Origin: a virus
Taxonomy: Duplodnaviria; Caudoviricetes
Direction: 5' to 3' (one strand)
Virus record (IMG/VR): IMGVR_UViG_2791354774_000003
DNA: 64,000 bases
A program made the position numbers and the translations under genes. Positions 34,782 through 44,721 of the stretch are shown here, piece after piece. Each line of letters begins with the position of its first letter. Position 1 is the first letter of the stretch. The notes under the pieces were generated by a model, which was not told the origin of the DNA, made no database searches, and saw only the letters and a program-made list of their open reading frames with translations.

Positions 34782-35846
34782 ATGCGCTACGTTCTCACCC
34801 TCACTGCATTGATCGCCCTTATTGCGTCGCCGGCCTCGCCGCAGTCGCAACAGGATAAAGGCGCGCTGAAACGGTTTGCTGTCAGCGAGATATACCATGG
34901 CCCCCCTGTATTTCCTGATTTTAGAGGAAGAGACCGGGGATTTAATTTATACAGAACGCGTATTCGCGCAGGTATTTCAAGTGGGCCAAACTTCTCTGGA
35001 ACCTATTCCCTCATCTCATTTGGGTGTGGCACCGGATGCACGCAGGTATACATCGCCGACAATCGCAATGGATATGTTGGCAACGTGCCTATCGGCGGCG
35101 AGGAGACTCCATATCTTCAGATGTTCTACAACATAAATAGCTCTGCCATAATAGCGTACTGGCAGTACGGAGGGCGGTGCGTCAGGAAGGTACTCGCACT
35201 CGTAGATCGAAACTTTAATGAGTACCAGCAGTCCGAAATAGGGCCTGAAGAAGCCTGCTACAACATAGGTGACGCAAGCAATCTACAATCTGTCCAACGC
35301 GCCTTGGGCGGCAAAGAAGAACCTAGCAACCTCCCCGACATTGCGCCAGCGACCCCCGCGAGCGCGCATTCAGACAGGGAGGCAAATTTGAACCAACAGG
35401 CAGGATTTATTGCCGCTGTTAAGCATGCTCGAACCGAATATGCTCAAGGCCAAAATGACATGGCCAAGGGCGCTGCACGCCCCATGAGGGCTAAGAACGT
35501 TTGTGCGGCACTCAAGGGATATTCAGTCTCAGGCTGGATAGGTAAGATATCCAAGTTATCGTCTAATAGCGAGGGCAAGGGCGTCCTGCATATCGAGATT
35601 TCACCCCAAATAACACTCAAAACATGGAACAACGCCCTATCAGATATATCCGACGGAACGCTGATAGAGGCGGGGTCGAAGGTTTTTCGACAGGCATCAG
35701 CGTTGCGAGAGGGTGCTGATATACAATTCTCCGGATCATTTATTCCTTCGTCAATAGACTGTGTGAAGGAAGGAAGTCTAACCCTATCGGGGTCGATAGA
35801 GAGACCGGAATACCTTTTCCGGTTCTCTGATGTAAGCCCTATTTAA
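34782..35846 (+). CDS. Secreted/periplasmic moron protein, low GC
   Basis: Signal peptide; GPNFSGTYSLISFGCGTGC domain plus a second OB-like domain. Confidence 0.75.
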   Translation: MRYVLTLTALIALIASPASPQSQQDKGALKRFAVSEIYHGPPVFPDFRGRDRGFNLYRTRIRAGISSGPNFSGTYSLISFGCGTGCTQVYIADNRNGYVGNVPIGGEETPYLQMFYNINSSAIIAYWQYGGRCVRKVLALVDRNFNEYQQSEIGPEEACYNIGDASNLQSVQRALGGKEEPSNLPDIAPATPASAHSDREANLNQQAGFIAAVKHARTEYAQGQNDMAKGAARPMRAKNVCAALKGYSVSGWIGKISKLSSNSEGKGVLHIEISPQITLKTWNNALSDISDGTLIEAGSKVFRQASALREGADIQFSGSFIPSSIDCVKEGSLTLSGSIERPEYLFRFSDVSPI

Positions 35847-37763
35847 CTAGCGAATTGCCGTTTGTGCGTTCCGCAGGCTGAGTTCGTTTCCACGGCCGAG
35901 CGTCTGTTTCAAGCGCTCGGCCGTTGTCGCCGGATCGCCCGCCCCATTGATGTTGACATCGGTCTTATGTTCGATCTTGACCGACCGATTGTCGACTGAG
36001 GAGCTGTTGCTGATCGACCCCATCGGCGGCGCCGCCCCGAAGCGATCGTTGAAGCTCTGGGAGGTGATGCCGCCCGCGGGCACCTTCAGCGGCGGGATGG
36101 GAGTTGAAGGCTTTGACGGGACCGGTGACCTAGCACTTCCGTCCTTATCGTAGGCGCTGAGGATCTTGTCGGCAGGAACGCCGATTAGGCCCTCCCACTC
36201 ATTCCGGAGCCCTTGCACGCTGCGCCCGCGCCGCTTGATCAGGCTGTCCATGAACTTCTCTTGAAGTTCGGGCGTCATCTTCTCATCCAGAGCATTGTGC
36301 TCGCGGGCCAACCCGGCAAGCGTCCTGCCGACAAATTGACCACGCCCCACCGGGAAAGCAGGGGTGCCGAATTTTGCCTTTTGCTGCCGCTGCCATTCCA
36401 AGGACTCACGGACGGTCATCTCTGTGACCTTCTTTTCGGGCCAGCCATACTTTCCGTTGCCGTAGACCGAGTTGTAGGAGTGCGACCCCGACTCTCTGCT
36501 TTGAATGAGGGACTTGAGGGCTGAGAACCGGCCCGGCGCGGCCTCCCCGCCACCATCTGTAGGTGCGGAATTACCGAGGCCGAGCATCTTCTTGCCGCCC
36601 TCCCACATCCTGCGAAGCAGGCCGGGCTTCCCCTGGTCCGCCTTCTGCTGCTCTGTGGGGCCGTAGATCAGCCGCCGTAAGCCGGGGTCGAGGTTGTCGA
36701 TGAAGCCTTCAAGAGTGGCCCCGTGCTCAGAGGGCTTCAAAATGCCGTTCGCATTAGCACCCTTGGCGAGGCCGAGCGTCGCAAGCAATCCAACCCAACC
36801 CGTGCTCACCGCTCCGAACGCCCCGAGGATCTTCACCAGCCACGTCCCAACGAGGAACGCAGCGAACGCGGTCATGGCGGCTTCCAGCCCCTCCTTGCCG
36901 GTCAGGCTCTCGGCAATGGACTGGAACCCCTGTGCGACCGGCGTGAGCGCCGTGGCGATGTCCCGGAATGTGGTCACCAAGGCGATCGCCGCAGCGATGA
37001 TGGCCTCGATCGCCTTCGTGATCGCTTCTGGGTTCTTCTCGATCCAAGACCGAACGTCCTCCAGGAACTTCGTGAGCACCGGAGACAGGTCGGTCAGGAT
37101 CTTCTCAGCGACTGCCTGCGCTGCGGCTTGGAGCCCGCGCAGCGCGGTCATGAACTTGTTCGACGAGGCGGCAGCCGCATCGTTGTTCAAGCCAACCGTG
37201 CGCGCCGTCCGCTCATACTCGGCGCGAAACTCTTTGATCTCCTTACCGTAGCGCGAGACGGTGTTGAACGTCTGCTCGTCGATCCCGAGCAGGGCGGCCA
37301 TCTGCGCCCCGACGTAGTAGGGGTGCTTCTTCTGGATCGCCTCAACAGCGTCCGACAACACGTCTACGGTATCGCGAGCCTTGCCGCCGGCTTCAGTCGC
37401 AACACCCAGATCCCGGACGAACTGGCGGATGCCGGGGTTCGTCCGCATGGATCGCGAGAACGACTCAATTGCCGAGACCGCACCGGCACCCGAGCCGCCG
37501 ACCTGCCCGAAGGCATACGCCAAGCCTTTAATATTTTGGACCGTCGCGCCGGTCCGCTGGCTCACGAAATAGAGCGTATCGAACTGTTCAGCGATCTTGG
37601 CGACCGCTGCGCCTGCGGCCAGAGCCGCCGCGCCGAGAGCGGCAGCAAGCAGCCCGGCCTGCCGCGTGACACTGGCGATCGTCTCCGTGACGCGTCGCTC
37701 GCCCTCGCGATCAACCTTCCAGCCGAGCGAGACTACGAAGGATTTGAGTACGTCGTCAGCCAT
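35847..37763 (-). CDS. Tape measure protein with C-terminal lysozyme-like domain
   Basis: LKSFVVSLGWKVD...LYFVSQRTGA; SRESG...GRGQFVGRTL...TPELQE. Confidence 0.88.
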   Translation of the reverse strand: MADDVLKSFVVSLGWKVDREGERRVTETIASVTRQAGLLAAALGAAALAAGAAVAKIAEQFDTLYFVSQRTGATVQNIKGLAYAFGQVGGSGAGAVSAIESFSRSMRTNPGIRQFVRDLGVATEAGGKARDTVDVLSDAVEAIQKKHPYYVGAQMAALLGIDEQTFNTVSRYGKEIKEFRAEYERTARTVGLNNDAAAASSNKFMTALRGLQAAAQAVAEKILTDLSPVLTKFLEDVRSWIEKNPEAITKAIEAIIAAAIALVTTFRDIATALTPVAQGFQSIAESLTGKEGLEAAMTAFAAFLVGTWLVKILGAFGAVSTGWVGLLATLGLAKGANANGILKPSEHGATLEGFIDNLDPGLRRLIYGPTEQQKADQGKPGLLRRMWEGGKKMLGLGNSAPTDGGGEAAPGRFSALKSLIQSRESGSHSYNSVYGNGKYGWPEKKVTEMTVRESLEWQRQQKAKFGTPAFPVGRGQFVGRTLAGLAREHNALDEKMTPELQEKFMDSLIKRRGRSVQGLRNEWEGLIGVPADKILSAYDKDGSARSPVPSKPSTPIPPLKVPAGGITSQSFNDRFGAAPPMGSISNSSSVDNRSVKIEHKTDVNINGAGDPATTAERLKQTLGRGNELSLRNAQTAIR

Positions 37764-37929
37764 TCGGACGCTGGGCCTCTTGGATGCGACGTCTATTTTC
37801 CCCCTCGTAGGCCATCGCCTCGTTAATCTCTACGAGGTGTTCGATCTGAAGCGTGCCGTCGAGAAGGTCCGGGTAGCGGTAATAACCGAGCGGGATCGGC
37901 GCCAAGTAGAACTCTTCGCCCTCTGGCAT
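37756..37929 (-). CDS. Pre-tape-measure chaperone C-terminal ORF (not in the ORF track)
   Basis: MPEGEEFYLAPIPLGYYRYPDLLDGTLQIEHLVEINEA; in the -1 frame relative to the upstream chaperone. Confidence 0.7.
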   Translation of the reverse strand: MPEGEEFYLAPIPLGYYRYPDLLDGTLQIEHLVEINEAMAYEGENRRRIQEAQRPNG

Positions 37930-37946
37930 CTGGGCAAGATCAACGT

Positions 37947-38345
37947 CTAGAGAGAGGCCCCGCCGTTCGATTGAAGGGCGAGGCCCTTTTGAAAAAGCAC
38001 GGCGTAGTTGTCGCGGAGCACGTTGGCTGCGATCTGGAGGAGCGCCATCAGGTCGATGTCGTCGAACATGTTGCGCCCGCCGTCGAGCTTCACCTTGGCC
38101 CAGCCGGCTTCGCCCTGCTTGCGCTCGACCACCTCAAGGCAGCGGTCGAGGATGTAGTCGGAAGCATCATCCGACAGGCTGCCGATCGCCTGCGCGAGAG
38201 GGACCAGCGTGCCGTTCAGATCGCCCGTAGCGACCGACTGGAGCGGCGCCAGGATCGGAGCCATGCGACGCATTACGTGGAACTGCGTCCGCGCGTTCAT
38301 CTTCTTCGAGCGGTAGGTGTGCCCGTCAACCTCGAACTCGTTCAT
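37947..38345 (-). CDS. Tail assembly chaperone
   Basis: FEVDGHTYRSKKMNARTQFHVMRR; between tube and tape measure. Confidence 0.8.
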   Translation of the reverse strand: MNEFEVDGHTYRSKKMNARTQFHVMRRMAPILAPLQSVATGDLNGTLVPLAQAIGSLSDDASDYILDRCLEVVERKQGEAGWAKVKLDGGRNMFDDIDLMALLQIAANVLRDNYAVLFQKGLALQSNGGASL

Positions 38346-38352
38346 CGCCGCC

Positions 38353-38808
38353 TCACGCGCCCGTGACGATCATGCCGAGCCCGAGCTGACTGCTCACGTC
38401 GGCCGAGTTAAAGCTCCATTCCATCATGCCGCCGTCCTTGCCGTTGGCGTTGTCGGGACGCTTCACGAAAGCGCACTGGCGGCAGGAGTGGTCGTCGCCC
38501 CAAGCCGGGTTGGAGAGCGTGATGACGTTCTGCCCGGTGTAGGCGCTCGACGTGGACTGGAAGTTCATCATCGACATCAGCGCAGCGTTGGCCGGGCTGG
38601 TCTTCAGCAGGCGCACCCGCACACGTCCAGCGTTCGAGGCGTGGAGCGAGTGCATCGCGCCGCGGCCCGCACCAGTCGTCATCGACGTCTTGTCGTCGAT
38701 CATCTCAATGGTGATGCCCTCATCGGCCACCGACTCATCGGAGAGATTGATCGTGCCGCCGGGGCCAGTGATCGTGGCCACGACGTCTTGGAAGGAATAG
38801 GTGGGCAT
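38353..38808 (-). CDS. Tail tube protein (DUF3277-like)
   Basis: YSFQDVVATITGPGG...LLKTSPAN. Confidence 0.85.
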   Translation of the reverse strand: MPTYSFQDVVATITGPGGTINLSDESVADEGITIEMIDDKTSMTTGAGRGAMHSLHASNAGRVRVRLLKTSPANAALMSMMNFQSTSSAYTGQNVITLSNPAWGDDHSCRQCAFVKRPDNANGKDGGMMEWSFNSADVSSQLGLGMIVTGA

Positions 38809-38821
38809 CGCTGGGCCTCGA

Positions 38822-40318
38822 TTAGCGGTTGGCGACGACGCTGATGATGACCGCGTGCACAGCGCCCGCGAGCTTCACGGCGACCTGAAATGGTACGGTC
38901 TTGCGAGCAGCGCGGTCGGCCTCCGACTGCGTGGCAATCGGCGGAGCGTAGACGAAAAACCCGTTCTCAAGCACATCGCCCGTGTTGAGCGAGCCGATCT
39001 TCGGGCCGGTCCAGACGCCGGGAGCGAGCATCCCATTGCTGACCGCCTGATAACACCGGCTCTTGATGACAGCTTTCACCATCTCCATGCCGGCGTCTGT
39101 TTGCGGAACTTTCGTCGGGTTCGTGTAGAGCAGGTTGTAGACGGCCGTCTGCATCGTGTTCTGGAGCCAGTCGAGGTTGTGGACCTCGTCGAAGTAGTAG
39201 CCGTTCGCCATCACGCCGTTCTGAAGGATGGCGGTGTCGTTGTTGTAGTTGACGAACACGTTGCCGTTCTTGGCCTTCAGGGTAGCCGCTTGGCTTTCGG
39301 CGATCGTCTCAGCGATGACGCCCGGCTCTTTTTTGAACATGAGCGTGATCGTCGTGTCCGCGCCGTCGAAATCGACGGTGGCGGCGCGGCCGAAGAACGA
39401 AGCGTGCGCGAAGGGATTGGTCGCGGAGTACTGCCAGAACGTCCGCTTAAACCCAGAGTCCTTCAACTGACTGCCGAGGTCCGCGCTCGTGGTTGGATCA
39501 AGCACGTTCGCGTTCTGAATGGTGATGCCGAACAGATGGCTCTGACCAAGCCCCTCAACTACGGCGGCAGTGGCGAGATAGGTCGCGTCATCGGGCGGCG
39601 TGTTGACCGCGAGCAGGTAGGTGTAGTCGCGACTATCGAGGTCCGCGAACAGGCTGATGCAGGCCGGCAGCGTCTCGGGCTCGACGCCGATTACGGGCGC
39701 AGAGGCGTCGGCCGCAGTCAGGTGCAGCAGGCCGGAAACGTCGGTGCCGGTCGTGTGGCTCGTGGCGTAGGACACCGACGAGGCCGCGCCGGTCGTGCCG
39801 GACTGAACGGTGAAGCGCCCAAGAACGCTGTCCCACTTCACGGTGGCTCCGGTCGAGACGGCAGCGAGAGCGTCCTGCACGATCTGAGCGACGCCGTTGA
39901 GGTTGAGCGCGCCGGAGAAGTTCAGGGCGGTCAGCGTGCGCTCAACGCCATCGACGCTGACCTTCATCGAGCCGTTGGTGACGGCGGTGAAGTTGGAAAG
40001 CGCCCGCTGCGTCGGGCTGAGCGTGGCACCGCGCAGGAGGCCAGCCGTCGCCGTCTGAGCCCATCGACCGACATAGACGATCTCGGGCTGCGGCTCCTGG
40101 CTGAAGTACAGCGTCGCGGCCTTAGCCTCGGGGCTATCGACGCCGAAGTCGGTCGCGATGGCTTCCGCCGAGGTGTAGAGGCGCTTGCGCTCTGTGACGT
40201 CGATGACGTTCGACGAGCCGACGATGATGCCGGTGCCGAAATTCCGCTCCTGAGCCGCGATCGGCTGGAGGGTAACGGAAACGCGAACGACGCCGGAGAC
40301 GTCCAATCCCTTGGCCAT
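38822..40318 (-). CDS. Tail sheath protein (DUF3383)
   Basis: DFGVDSPEAKAA..YFSQ...FKKEPGV...VPQTDAG...AGAVH. Confidence 0.9.
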   Translation of the reverse strand: MAKGLDVSGVVRVSVTLQPIAAQERNFGTGIIVGSSNVIDVTERKRLYTSAEAIATDFGVDSPEAKAATLYFSQEPQPEIVYVGRWAQTATAGLLRGATLSPTQRALSNFTAVTNGSMKVSVDGVERTLTALNFSGALNLNGVAQIVQDALAAVSTGATVKWDSVLGRFTVQSGTTGAASSVSYATSHTTGTDVSGLLHLTAADASAPVIGVEPETLPACISLFADLDSRDYTYLLAVNTPPDDATYLATAAVVEGLGQSHLFGITIQNANVLDPTTSADLGSQLKDSGFKRTFWQYSATNPFAHASFFGRAATVDFDGADTTITLMFKKEPGVIAETIAESQAATLKAKNGNVFVNYNNDTAILQNGVMANGYYFDEVHNLDWLQNTMQTAVYNLLYTNPTKVPQTDAGMEMVKAVIKSRCYQAVSNGMLAPGVWTGPKIGSLNTGDVLENGFFVYAPPIATQSEADRAARKTVPFQVAVKLAGAVHAVIISVVANR

Positions 40319-40320
40319 GT

Positions 40321-40959
40321 TCAGACTTTCGGCGTCTTGAGTGGTTGCTGGTTAGTGACGGCGCCGTCCTGGCTCCCGCCCCTCCCGATGAGGGTGCCGT
40401 CGAGTTCGAGCACGTTTCGGACAGCGTAGGTGCGCTCGACACGGCGGCGGAGACGGAAGCCGATGTCCGTGCGACGGCGCGGGCTGGTGTTGATGATCTC
40501 GGGGACGTGCCGACCGGCCCCGACGTCGATCAATCCCATGCCAACCCGAAACAGCGCTTCCCTGTTCTGGGCGACGTAGAGGCCAGACCGGAGCAGTTCC
40601 GCGAGAGCCGAGCTGCGCAGGCCATAGAAACTCGCCAGCACATCAAGCGTCAGATGTTGGACCTGTGTGGAAGTCCCCTCACCTGTCCCGTCGTGGATCA
40701 TGGCGGGTTGCCCATCAGCCTCCATCGACATGACGCCGACAGCCGCCCAGTTGTCCCTTTGGTTCGGGTTGCGAGGCGTGGCCCTCTCGTCATCGCCCAG
40801 CGTCACATATCGAGGGCGGACATTCTCGCCCTTGAGACCTGTTAGGCCCACCACCAGCGACTGCATGAAGAGGTCAAGGTCGAGGTCATCATCTGGGGCC
40901 GACGTCAGCGGACCGAGGAAGCCGCCGCTCGCGCTCGTGTTAGGTGAGGTAGCCGGCAT
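40321..40959 (-). CDS. Neck/tail terminator protein
   Basis: NTSASGGFLGP...LASFYG; position in the neck cluster. Confidence 0.75.
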   Translation of the reverse strand: MPATSPNTSASGGFLGPLTSAPDDDLDLDLFMQSLVVGLTGLKGENVRPRYVTLGDDERATPRNPNQRDNWAAVGVMSMEADGQPAMIHDGTGEGTSTQVQHLTLDVLASFYGLRSSALAELLRSGLYVAQNREALFRVGMGLIDVGAGRHVPEIINTSPRRRTDIGFRLRRRVERTYAVRNVLELDGTLIGRGGSQDGAVTNQQPLKTPKV

Positions 40960-41356
40960 CGGGCGCGGTCGTCCCTGGCGGAGTCGGGTTCAGATCGGTC
41001 AGGGCTGCGACGACCTGCGTGTAGCCCGAGGCGTAAAGCCAAGGCTTCGTGGCGATCACGCGGTAAACGGCGCCGTTCCAGATCACGACGTCGGCGTCGT
41101 AATTGGCGTCGCCCGCCGTCAGGGCAGTGCGGGTGTAGATTGTGATGTCGCCCTGGACCTGATTGCCCTCAGGGGTCTGGATCAGTTCCTGACCACCATC
41201 AGGGATCACCACGCCAGCGAACGGAATTGGCCCGCCCACACCTCGCGCCGTGCCATCCTGCTGCTGCGCGACCACGCGGCGAACCAGCACGAGGGTGGTG
41301 TCGAGAAAGTCGGGATCGTCGAGAACGTCGGTGACGTCGAGGAGTGCGTGCCCCAT
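40940..41356 (-). CDS. Head-tail adaptor/closure protein
   Basis: LDVTDVLDDPDF...ADVVIWNG. Confidence 0.75.
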   Translation of the reverse strand: MGHALLDVTDVLDDPDFLDTTLVLVRRVVAQQQDGTARGVGGPIPFAGVVIPDGGQELIQTPEGNQVQGDITIYTRTALTAGDANYDADVVIWNGAVYRVIATKPWLYASGYTQVVAALTDLNPTPPGTTAPDAGYLT

Positions 41357-41601
41357 TAGGGTCCGACCGCTTTGAAGCCTACCTCAATACGGAGACAAGC
41401 CCCGCTCATTGCATCCGACGTGATACCAATATCGGAAATAACAAGCGCCTGCCCCGTGCCGCCGTCTACCTTCATGCAGAGAGAAGCACGGCTGCGCTGC
41501 AATAAGTGAAGCGCCTCCGACACCTTCATCATCTGTGCAACGGCATCCTCAGCACACTCTGCGAACTCGGGTCGCGAGATGTCGATAGACAGCGTGTTCA
41601 T
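41356..41601 (-). CDS. Small inserted hypothetical protein
   Basis: Coupled on both sides (ATGA, TAATG). Confidence 0.55.
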   Translation of the reverse strand: MNTLSIDISRPEFAECAEDAVAQMMKVSEALHLLQRSRASLCMKVDGGTGQALVISDIGITSDAMSGACLRIEVGFKAVGP

Positions 41602-42098
41602 TTCCTGCCCTTCGAAACCACGACGTAGGTGTAGGCTTGGCGCAGGTTGCCGGTGTCGAGCAGAGGCTTCTCGCCCGTTCGGCCTTTGGCCTTGCGGCGC
41701 TTGATGGTGACGGGTGACAGCGGCGCAAAGGGACCGTTCGTGATGCGCCCGCGCACTGCGTTCTGGCCCATCAACCCCACGACATGCAGGGCCTTCTCGG
41801 CCTCTTCCGGCTTGCCAGAAAGAGCCTGCTGGCCCGCCTTTCGCAGGCGCTCCACCGCCTTGTCCTTGATCTCTTCCACCGCCGGCAGAAGATGAGGACG
41901 AGCCGGGATGTTCTCCTCCGGCATGCCAAATTCGTGGATGTAGCCGAGCGCGGCGTTGCTGGGGGTGTTCTCCTCTCCCGGCGCCGGGTCCCGATCCGCA
42001 TTCTCAGCCGGAACGCCGATCAGCACCTCTTTCCGTGTCAACTCGCGCAGGGCTGCCAGCACTGCGGCAGTGCGATCCTGCGTGACGACGACAGTCAT
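41598..42098 (-). CDS. Neck / tail completion protein
   Basis: IHEFG...IPARPHL...KPLLDTGNL. Confidence 0.8.
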   Translation of the reverse strand: MTVVVTQDRTAAVLAALRELTRKEVLIGVPAENADRDPAPGEENTPSNAALGYIHEFGMPEENIPARPHLLPAVEEIKDKAVERLRKAGQQALSGKPEEAEKALHVVGLMGQNAVRGRITNGPFAPLSPVTIKRRKAKGRTGEKPLLDTGNLRQAYTYVVVSKGRK

Positions 42099-42499
42099 CA
42101 GAACTGCATCGCCCCAACAGCGACCGTTGCCGCCATAGAAGCGAACGTCTGGCCGTAGGAGGTCAGGTTGAATTCCCCCGCCCCTTCCGTCTGGCCAACG
42201 CTTACGTCCATGGACTTGGATACGCCGCCAACCGACTTCGATGTCACCAGCCCAGCGGCGGGCACGACCGACGCTGTAGCGGTTCCACCGCCGCCTTGTG
42301 CAGGCGTCAGCGGCGAGGCCAGCGCAAGGCGGTGAGCCACGAAGTAGGCCATGCCCGTGTCTAGCAACTCCCCCCAGACGTTCGGGAGGAGCCGCAGGGA
42401 TGCCTCGCTGATCGCAAAGGCGATACGGGTGTCGGGGTAGCGGGACTCATCCGCGAACTCGGGGAAGATCTCGCGGAATTGACCTACGGTGAGAGCCAA
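42098..42499 (-). CDS. DUF4054 head completion protein
   Basis: FREIFPEF...SKSVGGVS...TSYGQ. Confidence 0.85.
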   Translation of the reverse strand: MALTVGQFREIFPEFADESRYPDTRIAFAISEASLRLLPNVWGELLDTGMAYFVAHRLALASPLTPAQGGGGTATASVVPAAGLVTSKSVGGVSKSMDVSVGQTEGAGEFNLTSYGQTFASMAATVAVGAMQF

Positions 42500-42509
42500 A
42501 GGAAGTGCC

Positions 42510-43034
42510 TCAGCCCTGAGCGTTCAGTTCGCGCGCCTTAGCCTCGGCATCCGCCTTGCTGAGGCTGTCAACGACGACGTTGCCATCGGCCTGCGTCACC
42601 ACGGCGAACTTGCCCTGATGACGACGCTTGATGCCATGCACCTTGCCGGCGAACTCGTTATCGCCGCTCTGGCCAGAGCCCTCACCGCTCGACTGCTGAG
42701 CCGCCTCAAGCTCGGCGACCCGCGCCTTGAGGGTGGCGTTGTCCGCCTCAAGCGCTTCCGCTTTGGCGACCGCAGCATCGCGCTCGGCCTCAAAGCCTGC
42801 CGCACGTCCTTCAGCGGCATCGATCGCCGCCTTCACCTTCAGCCGCTCCTCATGCTGGAGCGGCGCGGTTTCGGGCACGGAAGGCTCATCCGTGTCCTTG
42901 ACCAGATGTGCCTGGACGAACCAATGCCCCGCGATCTCAGCAGGCACGTTCTTGTGCCGGCCTGGCGCGAACACGCGGGTTTCACCGTTGGCATCGGTGA
43001 AGGTGCATGGCTTGGCGAAGTGGAGATCCTGCAT
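42510..43034 (-). CDS. Hypothetical virion-associated protein
   Basis: RBS GGAGG; HWFVQAH motif plus coiled coil. Confidence 0.65.
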   Translation of the reverse strand: MQDLHFAKPCTFTDANGETRVFAPGRHKNVPAEIAGHWFVQAHLVKDTDEPSVPETAPLQHEERLKVKAAIDAAEGRAAGFEAERDAAVAKAEALEADNATLKARVAELEAAQQSSGEGSGQSGDNEFAGKVHGIKRRHQGKFAVVTQADGNVVVDSLSKADAEAKARELNAQG

Positions 43035-43045
43035 CGCGCGCCTCC

Positions 43046-44086
43046 TCAGATTCCGTCAACGTAGTAGACGAGCTGCGAGTTGGTGATCTCCACCGAGCCG
43101 ATGCGGCGGTAGTAGTAGGTCAGGTAGTGCAGCCCCCGGAACTGAATCGGGGTGTTCTGCATCGGGGTAATCGGCAGACGCACTCGCGACTCGTCCTGAG
43201 TGTAGAACACCATGCGGTCGGTGCCGCCGACGCCGCGACCCACGAGCCACTTCATCGGGACGATCTCAAGATCGACGCCGTTCATGGAGGAGGCGACGGT
43301 GTTCTTCTTCAGGTACTCCAGCACCGACGAAGTGCCGGCCTCGCTGACGATCTGCTGAAGGCGCCCGTACTGGATCGGCGGCAGACCGACCTTGTTGGGA
43401 ACGATGGTGAAGCCAGACGCCGTGTAGGCGGCCATCAGACCGGCGTTGAAGTCAGCCAGGATCTCGCGAGGCGTCTTGCTCGCGAAGGTGGCCGAGCCGC
43501 CCGCACCCGTCGCCGCGTTGGTCGCGACCACATCGGGGTGGTTGGTCAGGCCGAAGCTGCCCACCGTCGCGTCACCGATGTAGGCGATCTGATCGGCGTC
43601 TTGATTGCCTTTGAGGTTCAGGCCGTCAAGCTTCACGCGGTCGATGGGCCGGTTCACCTGCTGCGAGCTGATCAACTCGGGAATGGTGTAGGCAAGTTCC
43701 ATCGCCCAGAGGTTCAGGGGCGTCACGATCTTGCCGACGTCCGCTTGGATGCCGGTGATCGCAGTGGAGGTCTTGCCGACCCACGAGACGCCAGTCGGAT
43801 TGATGCCGCCGGCCGCAGCGTAGCCGACACTGGCGAACGAGGATGCCTCGTCGCCGATGGTCACATCCTGGCGCAGGGGGACGTCGCGCAGGTAGGTGTA
43901 GCCCGCCAGCGGCTCGTGCAGGATCGGGTCAAGCCGCTCCAACTCGCTCTGGAGGAACACACCCGCGCTGTCGATCGTGCGCGCATCGTGATGGCCGACA
44001 CCATCGAAGGTGCGGAAGCCGAGACGGTTGAGCGGCGGGCCGCCGTTGTGGCCGAAGCCGGGGATCGGGGAAACACCGTACGACAT
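43046..44086 (-). CDS. Major capsid protein (DUF2184)
   Basis: FLQSELERLDPILHEPL...GLTNHP...YYVDGI. Confidence 0.9.
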   Translation of the reverse strand: MSYGVSPIPGFGHNGGPPLNRLGFRTFDGVGHHDARTIDSAGVFLQSELERLDPILHEPLAGYTYLRDVPLRQDVTIGDEASSFASVGYAAAGGINPTGVSWVGKTSTAITGIQADVGKIVTPLNLWAMELAYTIPELISSQQVNRPIDRVKLDGLNLKGNQDADQIAYIGDATVGSFGLTNHPDVVATNAATGAGGSATFASKTPREILADFNAGLMAAYTASGFTIVPNKVGLPPIQYGRLQQIVSEAGTSSVLEYLKKNTVASSMNGVDLEIVPMKWLVGRGVGGTDRMVFYTQDESRVRLPITPMQNTPIQFRGLHYLTYYYRRIGSVEITNSQLVYYVDGI

Positions 44087-44165
44087 GGTTGTGTGATCTC
44101 CGTGGGGCGACGTGGTCGTGCCCGCGTGACAGGAAAGACGGCCGTCGCCCGACGCCGCCGTAGGT

Positions 44166-44690
44166 TCAGAGGTTGTAGGCGAGTTCGCAGTTGCCTGCGG
44201 CGTCCGCCGCGCCCATCCAGTAGGCGCCGGTCAGCAGGATGGTGTTGGTGGAGTCGGCAGCGGCCTCAAAGCCATTGAGGCGCCCGCCGGCCGGGATGGT
44301 GCCGCCGAGCCGGATGTAGACCGGTGCGCCCTTGGCCGCCGCCGTGGCGCCTTGGAGGCGAACGGTCATGTACCCGCGCTTTAGAATGGTGCAGCGGCTG
44401 CCGGGCTGCGGCGTGGTGTTGCCGAGCAACTGCGTCTCCGCGCCGTAGGTCGTGCCGGGACCGCCAGGGAAGGCAGCTTCCAGCAGGCCGTACACAGCAG
44501 TGGCAGCGTCACCTGCGGCGAGCGCCTGGATACGGCCATTTGCGCCGATCTTGACGGCATCCCCGAAGGCGGTGGGCGGGGTGGTTGCATCCAGAGCATT
44601 CGGCTCGCCGGTATGCTCCTGCTCACGGTTCACACGGCCGGGGATGCCCGCCGGCATGCGATAGGCGTAGACGTTCTGAACGACGGCCAT
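44166..44690 (-). CDS. Capsid decoration/cement protein
   Basis: YRMPAGIPG...RGYMTV...ELAYNL. Confidence 0.75.
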   Translation of the reverse strand: MAVVQNVYAYRMPAGIPGRVNREQEHTGEPNALDATTPPTAFGDAVKIGANGRIQALAAGDAATAVYGLLEAAFPGGPGTTYGAETQLLGNTTPQPGSRCTILKRGYMTVRLQGATAAAKGAPVYIRLGGTIPAGGRLNGFEAAADSTNTILLTGAYWMGAADAAGNCELAYNL

Positions 44691-44721
44691 CGGCTGTCTC
44701 CTAAGTTCGAGTGTGAGGGGA

